A DNA stretch of 51,294 nt from Candidatus Woesebacteria bacterium (lineage in GTDB: Bacteria > Patescibacteriota > Microgenomatia > UBA8517): positions 183,920 through 235,213 of the forward strand of contig JAGUYM010000014.1 of NCBI GenBank assembly GCA_020061305.1. The letters run 5' to 3'. This document shows positions 46,425 through 51,294 of this stretch, one piece after another. How positions within the stretch are numbered: position 1 is the first letter of the stretch; each line of letters begins with the position of its first letter. A program made the position numbers and the translations under genes. The notes beneath the pieces are model-generated. The model saw nothing but the letters and a program-made list of their open reading frames with translations. It made no database searches and was not told where the DNA came from.

Positions 46425-46862
46425 ATGGATAAGTTTTTGGGTTTTGTAAATAATTTTTCCTTTTCTCCAACTTATTTTAAAGCTGGGGGAATTGCCATTC
46501 TTTTTTTTCTTCTTCTGGTTTCATTTGCAGTTTTTAAGCGCTACATGAATAAATCAACTTTGCAAGGCGGAGTTGTAGGTATATTTTTTGGGGTTTTAAT
46601 TGCCCTAATTATTGAGGGATTTTTACTAATTGCAGGTAAAACTGCGGTGACTGAACTTTTAGGTTGGAAAAATGCTCCAAAACCAATTGAAACAGCACTT
46701 AACTTAGGAAGGGAAAAATTGGTAAATGTCTTAGGGGTAACGGATGAAATACCATCTTCTTATGCAGATTCCGATCCGACATTAGATGAAGCAATTGAAG
46801 TTCTTCAAAGTATGAATCCAACAGAGCTTAAAAAAATCAAATCCATAATATGCACACAATAA
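46425..46862 (+). CDS. Hypothetical membrane protein
   Basis: Two TM helices; TATAAT 9 nt before ATG. Confidence 0.75.
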   Translation: MDKFLGFVNNFSFSPTYFKAGGIAILFFLLLVSFAVFKRYMNKSTLQGGVVGIFFGVLIALIIEGFLLIAGKTAVTELLGWKNAPKPIETALNLGREKLVNVLGVTDEIPSSYADSDPTLDEAIEVLQSMNPTELKKIKSIICTQ

Positions 46863-47911
46863 ATGATTTTAACAGTCGGCTTAGTGAGGTAATTTCAAAA
46901 TATGAGTCCTTGAAGGATATTTTAAATATTGATGAAAAAGAAAGTGAACTTAAAAGTTTAGAGGCAAAATCAACTGATCCTAATTTGTGGAATGACCAGG
47001 AAAATGCCAAAAAATTATTACAAAATTTATCATCGCTTAAAGATGAGCTAGAAATCCTAAAAGATTTTGAAAGCTCTCTTGAAATATTAAAGGAAATTGA
47101 AGATGAAAAAGAGTTATTAAGATTAGAAAAAGTTATTTCTTTGTTAGAAGTGAATTCATACCTATCTGGTCCTTATGACAACTTAGATGCTGTTCTTTCT
47201 ATTCATGCAGGTCAAGGTGGAACGGAAGCAATGGATTGGACATCAATTGTTTATAGAATGTATTTAAGATATGCAGAAATAAAAGGCTGGCAAGTTGAAA
47301 CAATTGATATGACGCAAGGTGATGAAGCGGGGATGAAAAGTGTAACCTTTATTATAAAAGGAAGGTTTGCCTATGGATATCTTAAAAAAGAAGCTGGTAC
47401 ACATAGATTAGTTAGACTTTCTCCATTTAATGCAAACAATTTAAGGCAAACATCATTCTGTTTAGTTGAAGTTTTACCAGATTTGGAAGATACAGATCTT
47501 CCGGAAATTGAAATTAAGGATGACGAATTGGAATGGCAATTTACTAGAGCAGGTGGACATGGTGGACAAAATGTAAATAAAGTTTCAACTGCTGTAAGAC
47601 TTACTCATATTCCAACTGGAATTGTTGTAAATGCTAGAACAGAAAGGTTTCAGGAACAAAATAGAAAAATTGCATTGGGGTTACTTAGAGCGAAATTATG
47701 GTTAAGACAGCAGGAAATGGAAAAAAGCCAACTCAAAAGTATAAAAGGTGAATATAGGCCTGCTTCTTGGGGGAATCAAATTAGAAGCTATGTCTTACAT
47801 CCTTATAAAATGGTTAAAGATTTAAGAACTGGGGTAGAATCTGGAGATCCTGATGCAGTTTTAGATGGCAATCTTGAAGCCTTCATTGCAGAAGAGTTAA
47901 AATTAAAGTAA
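46850..47911 (+). CDS. prfB: Peptide chain release factor 2, continuous ORF
   Basis: SPF, GGHGGQNVNK, WGNQIRSYVLHPY. Confidence 0.96.
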   Translation: MHTINDFNSRLSEVISKYESLKDILNIDEKESELKSLEAKSTDPNLWNDQENAKKLLQNLSSLKDELEILKDFESSLEILKEIEDEKELLRLEKVISLLEVNSYLSGPYDNLDAVLSIHAGQGGTEAMDWTSIVYRMYLRYAEIKGWQVETIDMTQGDEAGMKSVTFIIKGRFAYGYLKKEAGTHRLVRLSPFNANNLRQTSFCLVEVLPDLEDTDLPEIEIKDDELEWQFTRAGGHGGQNVNKVSTAVRLTHIPTGIVVNARTERFQEQNRKIALGLLRAKLWLRQQEMEKSQLKSIKGEYRPASWGNQIRSYVLHPYKMVKDLRTGVESGDPDAVLDGNLEAFIAEELKLK

Positions 47912-47920
47912 TATTAATTT

Positions 47921-48610
47921 ATGGAAAGTCAAAATAATACAAATCAAGTTCAACAAAATATTCCAGAGTCTCAAGTTCCTGTGACTGTTCCATCTGCAGA
48001 ACCAGTGAAACCAAGTAGTAATAGTTTCTTGGTAAGCTTATTGTCTGTTTTATTACTTTTGGCAGTAATTGCCGCAGGATTCTTTGCATATCAAACACAA
48101 AGGTTAGTTAAAGAGTTAAGAATCAAGAACGAAGAATTGAGTCAACCAACTTCAAATCCGGTACCAACATACGAACCAGGTTTAGAACCAGAGCCGATTC
48201 CTACTGAAATTTCAACTAAAGATTGGAAAATTTATACAAATGAAAAATATGGGTTTGAATTTAAGTATCCAAATGAATTACTTATGAAAAGCAGTTTAAC
48301 TGATGAAGCTTCTCTTTTCTCAAGTGTGAGAAATGTCTATTTATTGAGTCCTCAATATCCAGATTATGATAATCGAATTATTGATATTGAAAACCATGAT
48401 TTATTAGTGCCGCCCATTGGATGGCAAGAAATAGAGGTTGTGGTTAATGGGTATAATGCCAAAAAATATGTTTTAATCGGTGGGGACGCATCTGTAAAAT
48501 TTGATATATATCAAATTAAATCAGTAACAGGAGGTGTTGAAATAATGGTGAACAAGCAAATGCCTGAGTTGGTTGACCAAATTCTTTCCACCTTTAAATT
48601 TACAGATTAA
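47921..48610 (+). CDS. Membrane-anchored protein with PsbP-like motif
   Basis: Single TM then DWKIYTNEKYGFEFKYP. Confidence 0.6.
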   Translation: MESQNNTNQVQQNIPESQVPVTVPSAEPVKPSSNSFLVSLLSVLLLLAVIAAGFFAYQTQRLVKELRIKNEELSQPTSNPVPTYEPGLEPEPIPTEISTKDWKIYTNEKYGFEFKYPNELLMKSSLTDEASLFSSVRNVYLLSPQYPDYDNRIIDIENHDLLVPPIGWQEIEVVVNGYNAKKYVLIGGDASVKFDIYQIKSVTGGVEIMVNKQMPELVDQILSTFKFTD

Positions 48611-48656
48611 TTTTTCCTTACTTGCTCCAGACTATATATTATGTTAGTTTATATAT

Positions 48657-49121
48657 ATGGAAAGTGTGCTTAATCCTACAAATCCTATAAACAATGATAA
48701 TTTAGTTAAAAAATTGGATACAAAAAAAACTTCAAGCTCAAATCTTTTGCTGGCAGTTATATCCATTGTTGTTGTTCTGGCAGGCATTGGAACTGGATAT
48801 TATTTTTCTAGAGCTGGCAAAGGGGATACACAAAAGACAATATCTTCAGATATGACAAATTCAGAAAACGAAGCTGGTGTTGCCGATGAAACAACTTTTC
48901 CTGATTCAGCTGAGGGCATTTTAGAGGAAGGTGGAATAAATGGGGAGGGAACACACCATTTGGTAAGAGGTGCTGGGCCTTCTCAATATGCTTATCTTAC
49001 CTCAACTGTTATAAATCTCGATAAATTTGTAGGTAAAAAAGTTCAGGTTTGGGGACAGACAATAACGGGCAAAAAGGCTGGCTGGCTTATGGATATAGGT
49101 AAGATCAAAGTCCTTGAATAA
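48657..49121 (+). CDS. Membrane-anchored hypothetical protein upstream of ftsE
   Basis: Single TM, small beta-rich C-terminus. Confidence 0.75.
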   Translation: MESVLNPTNPINNDNLVKKLDTKKTSSSNLLLAVISIVVVLAGIGTGYYFSRAGKGDTQKTISSDMTNSENEAGVADETTFPDSAEGILEEGGINGEGTHHLVRGAGPSQYAYLTSTVINLDKFVGKKVQVWGQTITGKKAGWLMDIGKIKVLE

Positions 49122-49126
49122 TTTAA

Positions 49127-49777
49127 ATGGTTAAATTTGAAAATGTCTCCAAATCTTTTGGTTCAGTTAAAGCGCTATCAAATGTTTCATTTGAGGTCGG
49201 CGATGGTCAATTTATTTATTTGACAGGTCCTTCAGGAGCGGGAAAAACCACGATTTTAAAAATGATATTAAGGCAAGTAGTGCCTGATTCGGGCAAAATT
49301 TATTTTGACGGAAAGGAGGTAACTTCTCTTGAGACAAAAGATGTTCCCCTTTTAAGACAAAATATTGGTACAGTTTTTCAGGATTTTAAAGTACTTCCAG
49401 AAAGAACCGTTTCAGAAAATGTTGAAGTAGCCTTGGCTGTTTCTGGAGTTTCAATTGATGAGTGGGAAAGAAGGGTTGCCCATGTTTTAAGGCTTGTTGG
49501 TTTAACTAAAAGGCATCGTCTTTTCCCAAATCAACTTTCTGGTGGTGAATTGCAAAGAGTGTCACTTGCAAGAGCCCTGGTTGTTAATCCCAAGTTAATT
49601 TTGGCTGATGAGCCAACTGGCAATCTTGACTGGAAAACTGCTGATGAAATAATGGATTTGTTTGAAAAGATAAATAAAGAAGGAAAAACTATAATAATGG
49701 CGACCCACCATTTGGGTATAATTAAAGATTTTAAACATAAAACAATACATCTGGAAGATGGTAACATTAAGACATGA
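49127..49777 (+). CDS. ftsE: Cell-division ATPase FtsE
   Basis: GPSGAGKTT, IGTVFQDF, LSGGELQRV; precedes ftsX. Confidence 0.9.
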   Translation: MVKFENVSKSFGSVKALSNVSFEVGDGQFIYLTGPSGAGKTTILKMILRQVVPDSGKIYFDGKEVTSLETKDVPLLRQNIGTVFQDFKVLPERTVSENVEVALAVSGVSIDEWERRVAHVLRLVGLTKRHRLFPNQLSGGELQRVSLARALVVNPKLILADEPTGNLDWKTADEIMDLFEKINKEGKTIIMATHHLGIIKDFKHKTIHLEDGNIKT

Positions 49778-50691
49778 ACATACACATAAAAACTGCACTT
49801 GACGCAATTAAAAGGTCACCATTTCAGGCTATTTCAGCCGTTTTTGTTTTGTCGCTTACATTTTTTGTAGCCACGATAATTGCAGTTCTAGTTTATGGTT
49901 CCAATATGGCTATAAAACATTTTGAAACAAGACCACAAATAATTGCTTTTTTGAAAGATAATATAAAAGATGATGCAATTTTAGCTTTAAAAAGTAAATT
50001 AGAAAGTGATATTAGATTGAAACAAGTAAATTATGTTTCAAAAGAAAAAGCTTTAGAAATTTATAAAGAGTCAACAAAAGACAATCCTCTATTGGCGGAA
50101 CTTGTAAATCCCTCAATATTTCCAGCTTCACTTGAATTTTCAGTTTCAGATTTGACATTAGCTCAAACCGTAATTGATGAGATATCAAAAGAAGCAGTTG
50201 TCGACCAAGTTGGGTTTACTGCAAACTTGGGAGGAGAAAAATCGCTGGGTGAAGTAATTCAAAGGCTCAAAAATGCAGGAAATTACATTAGGGTCGGCGG
50301 GCTTGTTTTTGTTTCACTTTTAGCTCTGAGCTCATTTTCTGTTCTTTTGGTAATTATTACCATGAGAATGGCAACGAGAAAAAATGAAATAGAAATTTTA
50401 AGTTTAATTGGTGCAACACCGCAATTTGTAAGAAGTCCTATTGTTGTTGAGGCGGTAGTATATGCTATTTTGGGAGTATTTATAGGTTGGGGCTTGGCTT
50501 TGACTTTGTGGCTTTATTTAACACCAACCATCATGAGCTATTTTGGTCAGGTTCCTTTTATACCAAGAGATCCGCTTACTTTCTTTTTAATGTTTGCATT
50601 AATACTTGGAGCGGAGCTTTTAATTGGACTAATTGTTGCTTTTGCAGGGAGTTTGGTGGCAGTTAAAAGATCCCTAAAAAAAGCAAGATGA
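49774..50691 (+). CDS. ftsX: Cell-division permease FtsX
   Basis: YVSKEKAL..., NP, EIEILSLIGAT..FVRSP..VEA. Confidence 0.9.
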   Translation: MNIHIKTALDAIKRSPFQAISAVFVLSLTFFVATIIAVLVYGSNMAIKHFETRPQIIAFLKDNIKDDAILALKSKLESDIRLKQVNYVSKEKALEIYKESTKDNPLLAELVNPSIFPASLEFSVSDLTLAQTVIDEISKEAVVDQVGFTANLGGEKSLGEVIQRLKNAGNYIRVGGLVFVSLLALSSFSVLLVIITMRMATRKNEIEILSLIGATPQFVRSPIVVEAVVYAILGVFIGWGLALTLWLYLTPTIMSYFGQVPFIPRDPLTFFLMFALILGAELLIGLIVAFAGSLVAVKRSLKKAR

Positions 50692-51294
50692 AAATAGTTT
50701 TTAAATTCATAATTTTTATTTGTTTTTTAGTTTTAAGTTTTCAGTTTTTAAATAAAATCTCTTTTGCTCAATGTGGGAATGTTGATGAGTGTAATAAACA
50801 GATAGAAGAATATCAAAATCAAATAACTAAACTTCAAGGGCAAGCAAATACATTAAAAAATCAAATTGCACAATTTGATGCTCAAATTAAACTAACTACA
50901 CTTAAAATTTCTCAAACTGAAGAAAAAATAAATCAACTTTCGGGAAGAATTGATCAATTAACCGGTTCACTTGAGTCATTAACAAAAGCATATAACACTA
51001 GAGTGGTTGAAACTTACAAACTCATAAGGCTTGGAGACAGCGCAACAATGGTTATAACTTCGGAGAATTTAAATGATGCTTTTCAAAGATTTTCATATTT
51101 GAAAAAAATTCAGCAGGCGGATAAGGGGCTATTAGATAGACTGCAAAAAGCACAGGATGATTATGTTTTGGAAAAAGACGATCAAGAAGAACTTCAGGAT
51201 GAACTAGAAAAACAAAAGAAAAATTTGGATTCACAGAAAAAAGCAAAAGCAGATTTATTGACAGTTACCCGAAACGATGAAAAGAGATATCAGC
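50688..51294 (+). CDS. PcsB/CwlO/EnvC-like coiled-coil cell-wall hydrolase or activator; 3' end cut by the window, absent from the ORF track
   Basis: ATG overlaps ftsX stop; MKIVFKFIIF...AQCGNVDECNKQIEEYQNQITKLQGQANTLKNQI...RFSYLKKIQ, open to the edge. Confidence 0.8.
   Translation, partial: MKIVFKFIIFICFLVLSFQFLNKISFAQCGNVDECNKQIEEYQNQITKLQGQANTLKNQIAQFDAQIKLTTLKISQTEEKINQLSGRIDQLTGSLESLTKAYNTRVVETYKLIRLGDSATMVITSENLNDAFQRFSYLKKIQQADKGLLDRLQKAQDDYVLEKDDQEELQDELEKQKKNLDSQKKAKADLLTVTRNDEKRYQ

Noticed and set aside
418-51246. Many 60-240 aa ORFs antisense to or nested in real genes (e.g. 1809-2516, 17892-18209, 34535-34948, 33740-33991, 51052-51246)
   Set aside because: Shadow frames of well-supported genes or tRNAs, with no motifs or initiation signals
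1-51294. CRISPR array, rRNA, IS or prophage
   Set aside because: No repeat-spacer pattern, rRNA signature, transposase or phage gene seen

Overview
AT-rich, densely packed bacterial chromosome segment. By inference from gene content and style it comes from a Patescibacteria/CPR organism, most like Microgenomates, using the standard genetic code. About 55 CDS. Translation and tRNA handling: aspS, gltX, lysS, serS, CCA-adding enzyme, dus, tgt, prfB, tRNA-Gln(CUG), tRNA-Glu(CUC). Secretion and proteostasis: secD, secF, secA, lon, FKBP. DNA and transcription: recJ, greA. Envelope and division: DD-carboxypeptidase, ftsE/ftsX plus a coiled-coil hydrolase cut by the window end, and a DgkA/PAP2 pair. 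The accessory block holds two MacAB-like ABC operons, a broken MFS gene, an HxlR/LUD pair and a decayed ~3 kb patch at the 3' end of tRNA-Gln. No rRNA, CRISPR array or intact mobile element. Best unexplained signals: (1) two complete leader-peptide transcription attenuators (1:2, 2:3, 3:4 hairpins), one ahead of greA and one ahead of a 72-aa orphan; their peptides have no amino-acid run but share a T-[IV]-I-[NS]-L-[FI] stretch; (2) degenerate 7-mer tandem arrays inside many housekeeping genes, five in recJ alone; (3) a tRNA-Glu with the near-invariant G19:C56 pair swapped to A19:U56; (4) apparently pervasive leaderless transcription. All assignments come from motif recognition by eye; no database search or folding software was run.
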